Shown piece after piece: positions 40,715 through 50,517 of a DNA stretch of 64,000 nt (positions within the stretch are counted from its first letter, which is position 1; every line of letters starts with the position of its first letter). The DNA lies in assembly GCA_963828735.1 (NCBI GenBank), contig CAWHFW010000005.1, forward strand, positions 2,432,001 to 2,496,000, written 5' to 3'. The notes below the pieces were generated by a model. The model searched no databases and was not told the DNA's origin. It saw only the letters and a program-made list of their open reading frames with translations. The stretch comes from an uncultured Gemmatimonadales bacterium. GTDB taxonomy: Bacteria > Gemmatimonadota > Gemmatimonadetes > Gemmatimonadales > GWC2-71-9. Made by a program: the position numbers and the translations under genes.

Positions 40715-40852
40715 GAGCTGCTCTGGAGCGGGGCCAGCTGACGCCCGGAGATGACGGTGACGGTATTCGAGCATGTTCTCATCGCCGCGGAACGAAAGCG
40801 GCGCGGACGTGGTCGTGGAGGTCTTTGCCTGTACTGCTGGAGCAGCGGTTCG

Positions 40853-41099
40853 GCAAACTCCGACATTTGAGTGAGTAAAGTACGGCAAAGTCGAGCATGA
40901 AACCCAGCAAACTCCAGCATCGGGTGCCACGAACTCGCGTAAAGGGTAGCAAGTTGCTGGACTTCGGCTGGTTACCACGGCCCCTCTGGATCAGGAGAGT
41001 CCTGGTTCGAGCCCAGGAGGGGCAATCAAGCCCGGCAACGAGTTAGCTGTTGTCGGGCTTTGTCTATCTGCCCGCCTGCCGTAGTTTCGCCGTAGTTTC
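40853..41099 (+). repeat. att-like junction R5 (tRNA half 40984-41025)
   Basis: Arm, 42-nt tRNA half, hairpin, then CCCGCCTGCCGTAGTTTCGCCGTAGTTTC. Confidence 0.95.
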
Positions 41100-41420
41100 T
41101 CAGGTATGTCCTGCATCTAGACCGCGACGTTTCTCGGGTGCCTCCATCACCCTGAGCATGGAGACCTCATCTGTGTGCTGGTAGCAGGTAAGCAGCGTAT
41201 TGGTGTCTCGCCAGCCTCCTGCTGCCTTCACATCAACGATAGGGCGGTCCTTTCGTTCGGTTGCCCACTTGCGCCGATAGGGGTGCCAGACACCGCCTTT
41301 CAGGCGTTCCAGCCCGGATTTCTCTTCGGCAAGGCGAAGCTGCTGGCCAAGAATCTCCCGGGACCACGGTTCTGATCCATCGCCCGACGGGAATAGCCAC
41401 GTCTCGCCTATGCCTCGAGT
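41100..41420 (-). pseudogene. Tyrosine recombinase C-terminal remnant (~105 aa, in frame, no start)
   Basis: Manual translation GETWLFPSGDGSEPWSREILGQQLRLAEEKSGLERLKGGVWHPYRRKWATERKDRPIVDVKAAGGWRDTNTLLTCYQHTDEVSMLRVMEAPEKRRGLDAGHT*. Confidence 0.85.
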
Positions 41421-41658
41421 TGGACCACACGAACCCTGTACTCGTCTCCCCAGTAACTGGGGTCGCCCTTGAGCGCCGCCCTCGCTTTACGCCGGATGGC
41501 CGCAAGAATTGCACGATCCGTTTCAACCCCGTCAAAGTCAGCGTAGGCGCGCTCAATCAGATTATCAAGACTGACGGCGTGCACCCAGTTACCAGTGTCA
41601 CAAAGGCTGCACGCCTGGACATTCGCGGGCAGCTGGGTCCTTCGGCCCGAAGTCCACG

Positions 41659-42192
41659 TCAGGCGGCCGGACCCTTCAGGCCGTAGGTCAGCACGCCGGA
41701 GACGAGGCGCGCAGGTGCCCTCAGCCGATGCGCCTGAGCGGTGTTGACATCCATGATATGGATAACGTGCACCCCAAGGGACACCAGCACATCGGCGATC
41801 ATTCGCCGATGGCAGCGCCACCAGAGAATCTCCGCGCACATGACCGCGGTTCGGAGCCCCCCTGACAGGGTCAGGAGCTCGAAGAGACCGGCGGCAAACT
41901 CTTCGCCGGTCATATGGTCGGCGTAACCCCGAAATGCGGGGTTCCGCCAAGCCGTGCTCGGAGTGTTCGGGTCTGGTTGGCGACGGCCTCCCAGGTCAGA
42001 AAGCGCAATGTAGGCGATTCCGGAGGCATGGAGCGCGGACTTCAGTGCCGGCTGCCGATACTGCGGTTGGCTGCGAGAGCCGGGAAAGCGCCGGACATCG
42101 GCGACTACCTCAATCCGATACGCCGCTAAGACGGCGAGGAAGTCCGGGAGGGGGCGCGTAGAATGCCCTACCGTCCACACAGTCAGGGTCAT
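41659..42192 (-). CDS. DUF488 family protein
   Basis: WTVGHSTR..DVRRFPGSR..LGGRR..MCAEILWWRCHR. Confidence 0.9.
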   Translation of the reverse strand: MTLTVWTVGHSTRPLPDFLAVLAAYRIEVVADVRRFPGSRSQPQYRQPALKSALHASGIAYIALSDLGGRRQPDPNTPSTAWRNPAFRGYADHMTGEEFAAGLFELLTLSGGLRTAVMCAEILWWRCHRRMIADVLVSLGVHVIHIMDVNTAQAHRLRAPARLVSGVLTYGLKGPAA

Positions 42193-42395
42193 GTGTTAAT
42201 GTATGGGATCGCTGCCACCAGCTGGCTAATTAGGGGGGCACCTTCAGACGACGCGGAGAAGCCGGTGCGGCTCAGTCAGTCGCGCGCGCTCCCTGAACGG
42301 AGACCCTCTGCGACATCACATAGCGCGCCCTACGGTGGGATAACGACTTTGGCCGCCGCCTCTGCAATCCACGGGGGAATGGCGAGGACCGATCG

Positions 42396-42743
42396 ATGAA
42401 GGTCTACGATCCCGTGGCTGTCGCGCGAGAGGCGGCTGCCGTGCACCAAGCGCGGCCGGCCATGGCCGTCATGCACGACGCACCGGACGCCCGGCTCGTC
42501 GTCTTCCGCCTCGCCGCGGGTCAAGCCGTCCCGGTACATACCTCCGTGTCCTCGGTGGTGCTCCACGTCCACTCGGGGTCGGGGCTGGTGAGCGGCGCCG
42601 ATGGCGAGCGTCATGTACGCGCCGGCATGGTCGTTGCCTACGAGCCCCAGGAACCTCACGGGATGCGAGCGCTGGCCGAGGAGTTGATCGTGCTCGCCGT
42701 CATCGCCCCTCGGCCGGCAAGCCGCCGAGGCCCTTTGGAGTAG
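42396..42743 (+). CDS. Cupin-domain protein (copy 2)
   Basis: Near-identical paralogue of 34580-34924. Confidence 0.85.
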   Translation: MKVYDPVAVAREAAAVHQARPAMAVMHDAPDARLVVFRLAAGQAVPVHTSVSSVVLHVHSGSGLVSGADGERHVRAGMVVAYEPQEPHGMRALAEELIVLAVIAPRPASRRGPLE

Positions 42744-42773
42744 CGCAGCGGGAATTTCCCAGGCACTGGCCGC

Positions 42774-43472
42774 TCAGGCAGCCACCACGCCGAACAACTT
42801 GCCGAGGGCCGCCGTCAGGCCCATTGCCAGAGCGCCCCAGAACACGACACGCAAGGTCCCCACCCAGGGCCGTGCCCCACCGGCCCGGGCCGCCACCGCC
42901 CCCAGCAGGCCGAGGCAGACGAGCGAGGCACCCGCGACCAGGGTCACGAGCCAACGAGTCGGGCTGCAGCTTGCCACCAGCAGGGGCAAGGCTGCTCCAA
43001 CGGCGAACGTCGCCGCCGAGGTCAGCGCCGCCTGTACCGGCCTCGCCTGCAGCACCGCCGAGATGCCCAGTTCGTCGCGCGCATGGGCACCGAGCGCATC
43101 GTGGGTCATCAGCTGCGCCGCCACCTCGGCTGCGAGCGTGGGCGTGAGACCGCGATGCTCGTATATCGTGGCCAGCTCCGCGTGCTCCGCCACGGGACTT
43201 CCCGCCAACTCGCCCCGCTCGCGCGCCAGATCCGCCTGCTCGGTATCAGCCTGGGAGCTCACCGAGACGTACTCACCCGCCGCCATCGACATGGCGCCCG
43301 CCACGAGCCCGGCCACCCCGGCGACGAGCACGGCGGGGCGCGAGGCCTCGGCGGTAGCGACCCCGAGCACCAGGCTCGCGGTCGACACGATGCCGTCGTT
43401 GGCTCCCAGGACGGCCGCCCGCAGCCAGCCGATGCGCTCCGTACGATGCAACTCCGGATGGATGGTCCGCAT
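42774..43472 (-). CDS. VIT1/CCC1 iron/manganese transporter
   Basis: WLRAAVLGANDGIVS..AMSMAAGEYVSVSSQ..HARDELG. Confidence 0.95.
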   Translation of the reverse strand: MRTIHPELHRTERIGWLRAAVLGANDGIVSTASLVLGVATAEASRPAVLVAGVAGLVAGAMSMAAGEYVSVSSQADTEQADLARERGELAGSPVAEHAELATIYEHRGLTPTLAAEVAAQLMTHDALGAHARDELGISAVLQARPVQAALTSAATFAVGAALPLLVASCSPTRWLVTLVAGASLVCLGLLGAVAARAGGARPWVGTLRVVFWGALAMGLTAALGKLFGVVAA

Positions 43473-43545
43473 GCAAAGCTTGCTCCAAAGTGGGAGACCC
43501 GGATCGCGGTCCCGGTGCCTGACCGACGGCCGGCGAGGTCGGCTT

Positions 43546-44034
43546 CTAGGTACTTGTCGTGTTCTTCGGCGCCGCCATTCCGGCTGTCGGGCGGATCTCG
43601 TCATGCCGGATCTGACCGCCGTCGAGCGCGGCGAGGGCAAAGAACGTTGCGCTCACTACCAGGCCGACCAGCACGGCGATGCTGACGTCCCTTCGGTACG
43701 GCCGCCCGCCGCGTGCGAGCCACAGCCCCACGAGAGCGGCCGCACCGGTCACCAGCACCGCGATCAGTCCAGCCTCGGCACGCTCCTCATGCGCCTCGAC
43801 GCGCCGCTCATCAAACCACGGCTGGTTCTCCACTTGCTCTTCGGCCGGCTCGCCGGTGAGGTAGATGGGAATTGTCGTTATCGCGAGCAGCACCGCGAGC
43901 AGCAGACCGATCTGCGTGACGTCGCGTGAGCGGCGGAGGAGGCCCCAGACCAGAACCAACGGCGCGAACAGCATGGTCCCGAGCACGGGGATGTGGTTCA
44001 GGACGAGGTGCAGATGAGCAGGGCTGAGGTCCAT
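43546..44034 (-). CDS. Membrane protein, DUF2231-like (possible heme ligands)
   Basis: HLHLVLNHIP..TGEPAEE..AHEERA..GGQIRH with four TMs. Confidence 0.7.
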   Translation of the reverse strand: MDLSPAHLHLVLNHIPVLGTMLFAPLVLVWGLLRRSRDVTQIGLLLAVLLAITTIPIYLTGEPAEEQVENQPWFDERRVEAHEERAEAGLIAVLVTGAAALVGLWLARGGRPYRRDVSIAVLVGLVVSATFFALAALDGGQIRHDEIRPTAGMAAPKNTTST

Positions 44035-44679
44035 ACGGCCCTCCGAGAATGCTGGGTGTGAGGCGATGCTACCCAATTCCAAACATTGCGCGAGATCACG
44101 CGCGCGCCAAGACTCTCGTGCGAATGTCTCAGTGCGGAGGCGCAACCTCGAAGCAGCAGCGAGACCGCTCGCCACGCTCGCAGCGCTCGCGCACCGGTGC
44201 CTCCAGCAATTCGGCAAGCAGACTCTCCATCGCCCGGCACACCTCCGGCCGGCCGTGCACCGCTACGGTGGCGGTCCCTGTTGTCCGTTGTGTTGTCTAT
44301 TGGGGGCGGCATTGTCCGACAGTTCACGAGATTAGACGTGGACAGGTGGCGGGGCCGTCTAGTTGAGAAGTAGTTATGAGACTAGGACTTGCCTCGTAAC
44401 ACCTGACGGCAAAATGTGGGGGAGACGCGGCCAAAAAGCGCCTGATAGTCGTCAGCGAGCCGTATTCGCGTCACCCCGGTGCTCGCTCCCCTATTGGTTT
44501 TCTCCGCAAGTACACCGAAGCGGAACCATCCGGGCACCCATCACCGGCCGCCATTAACACGTGGTGCCCTGGCTGGCCGAGGAGCCGTCTGGCCGATCGG
44601 CTGCGGCAGATCCTGCAGCCCGTGGGCGTGAGCGCCGGAACTCCTGAACGCCCGCTGAAGCCCAGCGACCCTCGCGCGA

Positions 44680-45180
44680 GTGCGATATGCGGAATGGAAC
44701 GCATCTTCGCGTGCCGTTCATCAAACCTTCACCTGCGCCCTCCTAGCATGGATGGTGCCCACTCAGAGGCACGGACCCTATGTGGGCCTGGACGCCGGAT
44801 GCCAAGCGGGCCGGGAGGCATGTACGACATACGCACAGACCTCATACACTCCAGCCGATTCGCAGGCGACCGGTAAACGGCTGGACAACATCGGGTGGGC
44901 TGTCTTCTTCATCCTTACGGGTGCGCTCTGGCTGGTCCCCGAATCCCAGGTGCCCCCGGGCACATGGTTCATCGGAGTCGGCCTGCTTCTGCTGGGGCTC
45001 AATGCGGTGCGCAGGATGAGCAGCCTGCCGGTAAGCGGCTTCGGCACCATTCTGGGCGTGCTCGCACTCGCCGCCGGCGTCTCCGCGTTCCTGGGCATTG
45101 AGGTGCCTATCGTTGCGATAGGCCTGATCCTGCTCGGGCTGGGTCTGCTAGCGCGGGAATTGAGCGCTCGACGTGCTTGA
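44680..45180 (+). CDS. Small membrane protein (true start probably further downstream)
   Basis: KRLDNIGWAVFFILTGALWL followed by four short TMs; overlaps the arsA start. Confidence 0.55.
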   Translation: MRYAEWNASSRAVHQTFTCALLAWMVPTQRHGPYVGLDAGCQAGREACTTYAQTSYTPADSQATGKRLDNIGWAVFFILTGALWLVPESQVPPGTWFIGVGLLLLGLNAVRRMSSLPVSGFGTILGVLALAAGVSAFLGIEVPIVAIGLILLGLGLLARELSARRA

Positions 45181-46969
45181 GGGCATCAGGCCAGCAACAG
45201 AGCTGCCGGAGGGGGCGACCCAGTATCTCCTGTTCACAGGCAAGGGAGGTGTCGGCAAGACCTCCCACGCTTGTGCAACAGCGGTGGCCTTGGCCGATGC
45301 CGGGCGACGGGTACTCCTCGTGAGCACCGACCCCGCATCGAACCTGGATCAGGTCTTCGGGCTCAAAATCGGGCGGGAGCCCACGCCAATTCCCGAAGTG
45401 CCGGGGCTTTCCGCCATCAATATCGATCCCGAGGCTGCGGCACGCGCCTACCGCGAGCAGGTGGTCGCACCGTATCGGGGGGTCATGTCGGATGATGCAG
45501 TGGCGGGTCTGCTGGAGCAGCTCTCTGGGGCCTGCACCGTCGAGGTCGCCGCCTTTGACGAGTTCACCGAGCTACTGACGCCAGATGGTACCGCGGCAGG
45601 GTACGATCACGTCGTCTTCGACACGGCCCCTACCGGCCACACGCTTCGGCTCCTGCAACTCCCCGCCGCCTGGACGGAGTTCCTGGATACCAACGAGCGT
45701 GGGGCCTCCTGTCTCGGCCCGGCCTCTGCACTCAAGACGCAGCACGCGCGGTATGGCGCCGCCGTTGCCGCTCTTGCCGACCCCAAGCGCACCACGGCCA
45801 CCCTGGTCGCCCGCCCCGACCGCGTTGCCCTCGAGGAGGCCGCGCGCACCGCGGGCGAGCTGGGCGCCCTCGGTCTTCGGAACCAGCGCCTTTTGGTAAA
45901 TGCTGTCTTTCATGCCACCGACCGAAGCGACCCCCTGGCCGTTGCCCTAGAGGAGCGGGGTAGAGCCTCGCTTGCAGCAATGCCGGCAGCGCTCCGGGAC
46001 CTGCCCCGCACTGACGTGCCGCTCCTCGCGTCCAACATCGTGGGCGTTCCGGCACTCCGCCGGCTGGCTGCGGTGGATACCTCGGGAGCGCCTGCTCCCG
46101 AGCGGGCCGAGCTTACCACCACGGACCTCCCGCCGCTCGAGGACCTAATCGACGAGATTGCAGCCGCAGGCCGCGGGCTGGTCATGGTGATGGGTAAGGG
46201 CGGCGTGGGGAAGACCACTATAGCCGCCGCCATCGCGGTTGACCTCGCCAGCCGAGGACTTCCGGTACACCTCACGACGACGGACCCCGCCGCGCACCTC
46301 ACCCAAGCACTGGGACAGGAGATCGCCGGCCTGAAGGTGAGTCGGATCGATCCCGCTACCGAGACGATCGCCTACCGCGAGAAGATCGTGGAGCGGTCGG
46401 CACGCACGCTCGACCCAGACGGGCTTGCACTTCTCGAGGAGGACCTCCGCTCGCCGTGCACGGAGGAGGTAGCCGTCTTCCATGCCTTCTCCCGCCTCGT
46501 CTTCGGTGCACGCAACGAGATCGTCGTCATGGACACGGCGCCCACCGGCCATACCCTGCTCCTGCTCGATGCCACGGGCGCCTATCATCGGGAGATGCTG
46601 CGCACGACCGCAGGGGCGGCGGGCAAGGTCCAGACACCCCTCATGCGCTTGCGTGATCCCGACTACACCCGGGTACTCCTGGTGACGCTGGCGGAAACGA
46701 CCCCGGTGCTCGAGGCGGCAGAGCTTCAGTCGGACCTCCGCCGGGCCGGGGTGGAGCCGTTCGCCTGGGTGGTGAACGCCAGCCTGGCAGCGGCAGGGCC
46801 GCGGGATCCGGTGCTGGCCGCCAGAGCCGCAGCCGAGCTCGAGCAGATCGCGCTTGTGAGGACCACCTTGGCGACCCGTATAGCCGTGGTGCCCTGGCTT
46901 GCCGAGGAGCCGCTCGGGGCCGATCGGCTACGGCACATCCTGCAGCCGGTGAGCGGGCCGGCCGGCTGA
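45173..46969 (+). CDS. arsA: Arsenical pump-driving ATPase, two-domain
   Basis: Two GKGGVGKT and two DTAPTGHT motifs; metal-site Cys contexts SGACT, ASCLG and SPCTEE. Confidence 0.95.
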   Translation: MLEGIRPATELPEGATQYLLFTGKGGVGKTSHACATAVALADAGRRVLLVSTDPASNLDQVFGLKIGREPTPIPEVPGLSAINIDPEAAARAYREQVVAPYRGVMSDDAVAGLLEQLSGACTVEVAAFDEFTELLTPDGTAAGYDHVVFDTAPTGHTLRLLQLPAAWTEFLDTNERGASCLGPASALKTQHARYGAAVAALADPKRTTATLVARPDRVALEEAARTAGELGALGLRNQRLLVNAVFHATDRSDPLAVALEERGRASLAAMPAALRDLPRTDVPLLASNIVGVPALRRLAAVDTSGAPAPERAELTTTDLPPLEDLIDEIAAAGRGLVMVMGKGGVGKTTIAAAIAVDLASRGLPVHLTTTDPAAHLTQALGQEIAGLKVSRIDPATETIAYREKIVERSARTLDPDGLALLEEDLRSPCTEEVAVFHAFSRLVFGARNEIVVMDTAPTGHTLLLLDATGAYHREMLRTTAGAAGKVQTPLMRLRDPDYTRVLLVTLAETTPVLEAAELQSDLRRAGVEPFAWVVNASLAAAGPRDPVLAARAAAELEQIALVRTTLATRIAVVPWLAEEPLGADRLRHILQPVSGPAG

Positions 46970-47057
46970 AACGTGTCAGTGCAGCAGGAGGACAAGTCCT
47001 ATGGCCCACCTCCAAGGACACGCCAGCCAGCCGAGGCTCCCCGATGAGTCTGTCAGA

Positions 47058-47471
47058 ATGACAAGGCTGCGATTCGTTCTGCGACTTCTCTCGGTTGGCT
47101 TCCTCGTAGCGTTCATTCCGTGGATCACACTCATTCTCCTGAAGGCGCCGGCGCTCGCGCCGGGCGGAAGCCTCGCGCCACTGCTCAGGTTCCAGCCCTA
47201 CAATCCCCACTACGAGAGCATGATGGCAGCCATCTACATAGCATGGGCTGTCATGCTGTGGCGTGCCTCAGGCGACCCTGCCAAACACACCCTGTTCATT
47301 GAGTTCACCATCTGGGCGACCGCCGCTCATGCCCTGGTGATGTTGATCGCTACTCCGATCCAAAAGGGCCTCGTTATGGCAGTCGTGGAGGGCTTGCCGC
47401 TGGTCGTGATAGCAGGGGTGCTCTGGTGGCTCAGGCCGAGGGTATCAGGCAGATCTCCAGCCTCGACGTAA
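47058..47471 (+). CDS. Four-TM membrane protein
   Basis: Hydrophobic segments; YESMMAAIY..DPAKHTLFIEFTIW..HALVM. Confidence 0.6.
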   Translation: MTRLRFVLRLLSVGFLVAFIPWITLILLKAPALAPGGSLAPLLRFQPYNPHYESMMAAIYIAWAVMLWRASGDPAKHTLFIEFTIWATAAHALVMLIATPIQKGLVMAVVEGLPLVVIAGVLWWLRPRVSGRSPAST

Positions 47472-47544
47472 GCGACCGCTTCGCCCACGAGCGCCACTAA
47501 CGCCTTACTTGCGCGCCGCCATCAGGCGGTTCGCGAGGGAGTGC

Positions 47545-48010
47545 TCAGGCGTGAACCGGCTCGGCCTCAGAGTTCGCTTCCTTCAGCCTCTCGATGATCT
47601 TGTCGGCTACCTGGCGCGCCACGGCCTTGCGCTCCTCCTCCGGCACGTCCTCCATCAAGAAGACATCGGTGTACTTCTTGTAGAGCGGCAGCGCATCGAT
47701 TTCGATCAACTTTCCATCCTCAAGCAGCCCCTTTAGCGCTCGCCCATTGCACTTGAGGAAACATCCGTCGATCACGACACTCTTGCCAGCTTCCTTGACC
47801 CAGCGTGCCATGGAGGAATGGGCACAAAGAAGGTTTCCGCAAAGCACGCGCGTGCATAGCCGGGCAGCTCCTGGGCCACGAGATTGGCTGCCTGCCTGGC
47901 GATCTCTCCCCGGATGCAGGGTCCCTCACATGCGAGAACCGGTATCTTCCGCTCAGCGATGGCGCGCTTTGCGAAGGCCTCACCCGCCGGGGCAGTCATA
48001 GCGTCCATGG
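47545..48010 (-). pseudogene. DGC-domain putative zinc-binding protein, frameshift near 47835
   Basis: VLACEGPCIRGEIARQAAN..RACF in one frame and VVIDGCFLKC in another. Confidence 0.7.
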
Positions 48011-48143
48011 ATCGCCCCACCATGTCCTGGGCCTGCAGGCATAAGCGACACGGTACTGCTGCGGTCGAGATTGCCGGTGTCTGGCAACCGAGCTACCAGC
48101 GAGGAGATCGCTAGTGGACCGTGCTGAGGCACGTCAGGATCCA

Positions 48144-48354
48144 GCAAACGTGAGCATTTGTGTGAGCAAACCACAGCAAAGTCGACCATCAGACCAAGCA
48201 AACCCCAGCATCGGGTGACACGAACTCGCATAAAGGTTAGCAAGTTGCTGGAGTTGAGCCGGTTACAACGGCCCCTCTGGATCAGGAGAGTCCTGGTTCG
48301 AGCCCAGGAGGGGCAACTCAAAGCGCGGTGGCTGCTTCGCAGCCGTCGCGCTTT
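48144..48354 (+). repeat. att-like junction R6 (tRNA half 48275-48316)
   Basis: Diverged arm, 42-nt tRNA half, hairpin AAAGCGCG..CGCGCTTT. Confidence 0.95.
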
Positions 48355-48400
48355 GCCTATTTGGGGGAACCTCAGCGCCGCAAGCGGCGGCTTACTCGGC

Positions 48401-48565
48401 TCACAGCGATTTCACGCACCGGAAACCGAGATGATTCGTGCCGGTGCTGATCTCGCCCTTGCCGCGTGTGCTGACGATATAGCGCGAGCAGAACTGATCG
48501 GTGCAGAGAAAGGATCCGCCGCGATGGACACGTTTCTTCACGCCGGGTTCGTCGGGATTAAAGAA
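48401..48565 (-). pseudogene. C-terminal fragment of a formylglycine-generating enzyme (SUMF1/FGE) family gene
   Basis: KRVHRGGSFLCTDQFCSRY..RG....GTNHLGFRCVK. Confidence 0.85.
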
Positions 48566-48792
48566 TCGGCTGGACCTTGTGGATTGCGGGCGACGGCTCC
48601 GATGGCGGCCCTTCATTTCTTTGAGAGGTATAAAGACAACTCGGAAAGATGTCTGTACCCCTTCAACCAGCCTCTGAACGTTGCCGCGGTAAGAGATAAA
48701 CAGCCAGCGCCGGTTCACCGGACTGCAGGAGCAGTGGGCGGCCGGCGCTCGCGTACTTCGAAGCTTTCCGAGAATTAGGCTCGCGCAGGCCG

Positions 48793-50511
48793 TTACCCCC
48801 GCATCGCCGCGGCGATGACGCCTGGTACCTTCGGCCAACTTGCCCGCTCATCGAGGTAGGTGAGCCGCCGGTTGACGACGTGAGCAGTCCGGTGGCTCGG
48901 GAACGTGACCGGCTTGGGCACAACGGTGAGCGGATGCCGAAGGACAGCTTTCTCGATCCCCGCGAGCATTGTCGTATTGTGCACCCAGCCGGTGCCGCTC
49001 TGGATATCCGACGGTCTCGCGTCGGGGTACGCTCCCCAGGGTGGGGTGCCGTACACGAAGGCGAAGCCGCTCCACGCGTTCAGCGAAACGACACCATAGC
49101 GGAGCCGCGCGATCGCCCGCTCGACTGCCTCGGCGATCCGTGGGTCCTTGAGCGACGCGGGGTGGACCACAAGGTCGGCGCACAGCGTCCCCCACAGCCG
49201 GTTGTTGGCGAACTCCACCGCGCGCTCGAGGAACTCCAGCGGATCGTCGCTGCCGACTTCGGTCTCCACGAGCGCCGGACAGAACGGCTCGTTAGTGAAT
49301 GCCGTCTCCCGCGGGTCGGTAGCATCCAGTCCTGGGAGCAGCATCCACGGAAGCCGGTCGGAGCCGGCCTGTCCTATCAACCTAGTGCCTACCCGCCCGC
49401 GGCTGAGTTGGCTCCAACGGTCCTCCGCACCCGGGTAGTACGCAGCGCGCGTCGGTGCGGCACTCAAGGCCCGCTCGACTCCGTTGATGACCCTCGCCCT
49501 AGCGGGCCATCCCTTCGGCGTGACCAAGACTCTTGGCGTGTTGCAGTTGAAGCCTGCGTTGTGGGCCAGCGCGCCCGCGATGCTCTCCGCCTGGAAGGCC
49601 AGCTCCCTGTCCTTGTACGGACCAGGCATGATGAGTACGGGCGACATGTTTCCGAGCTCTGCCGTTACCGGCTTGGTCAGAAGCATTGTCCCGCGCGCCT
49701 TGCGTAGCTCCTGCTCCGGCCCTGGCGGGCCCCACATAAGCGCGTCATAGGTGGCGCTGGAGCCCGTCAGATGCACCTCGTCGACCCCGGGGTGATGTGC
49801 CAAATAGGCGCCTTCATCCACCCCGCCGTAGACCACCGCCAGGTAACCTCGCTGGATCGCCTCGGCGAACGCCGCCTTGATCAATGGCCCGGCATAGGCG
49901 TTGATCGGGCTCATCTTGAGCAGGCAGACCTTAGCCTCGTTAAACAGCTTGGTGACGACGTCCATGACCGGGATGCAGGTGAGGTTGCCTGCACCCAGGA
50001 TGAGCACCGTCCGCCCGTCGTGCCGTCGCCCGCGGTAAAAGGGCGCGCGGGTGGCGTGCATCTCCGCTTCGGTGACGCGGGCCTGCATCCGCACGTCCAC
50101 CGTTACCCCGGCGAACAGAACGCCGTCGATCGCGTTCGCGGGGAAGACCCGGACAATGAGCCGCTCGTCCGCTGATCGGGTGACCGGGCCGATGGACGTA
50201 TTGCCGGTACGTTGGAGCGACATGAGGGACTCGGCGACCAGGCGGAGCTGACGGATCACCGGCCAAGGACCGGTCGCCCATTCTTGGCCTTCGGTCGGGG
50301 TGCCGGCGGGAATGCCCTTGGCGACGCAGGAAGCACGGACGATCTGGTCCGCCACCCGGACGTACCCGGCCTGCATGGAGCGGGCGAGCGCGATGCGGTC
50401 TGGCATCGGGAGCCGAGCGAAGGCTGGCGCGGCTTCCCGAAGCCGGGCCACCGCCTCATCAAGCTGGCGCTGCGTCGTGGCGTGCACGGCAGCGACGGTC
50501 TCTGGTGTCAT
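48793..50511 (-). CDS. Aldehyde dehydrogenase family protein
   Basis: HLTGS, ELGNMSP, NAGFNC (catalytic Cys) and EPFCP. Confidence 0.85.
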   Translation of the reverse strand: MTPETVAAVHATTQRQLDEAVARLREAAPAFARLPMPDRIALARSMQAGYVRVADQIVRASCVAKGIPAGTPTEGQEWATGPWPVIRQLRLVAESLMSLQRTGNTSIGPVTRSADERLIVRVFPANAIDGVLFAGVTVDVRMQARVTEAEMHATRAPFYRGRRHDGRTVLILGAGNLTCIPVMDVVTKLFNEAKVCLLKMSPINAYAGPLIKAAFAEAIQRGYLAVVYGGVDEGAYLAHHPGVDEVHLTGSSATYDALMWGPPGPEQELRKARGTMLLTKPVTAELGNMSPVLIMPGPYKDRELAFQAESIAGALAHNAGFNCNTPRVLVTPKGWPARARVINGVERALSAAPTRAAYYPGAEDRWSQLSRGRVGTRLIGQAGSDRLPWMLLPGLDATDPRETAFTNEPFCPALVETEVGSDDPLEFLERAVEFANNRLWGTLCADLVVHPASLKDPRIAEAVERAIARLRYGVVSLNAWSGFAFVYGTPPWGAYPDARPSDIQSGTGWVHNTTMLAGIEKAVLRHPLTVVPKPVTFPSHRTAHVVNRRLTYLDERASWPKVPGVIAAAMRG

Positions 50512-50517
50512 GGTCGG

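Noticed and set aside
34565..42790. Cupin duplicate as a diversity-generating retroelement template/variable pair
   Set aside because: No reverse transcriptase is present, the whole gene is duplicated, and the differences are not confined to adenines.
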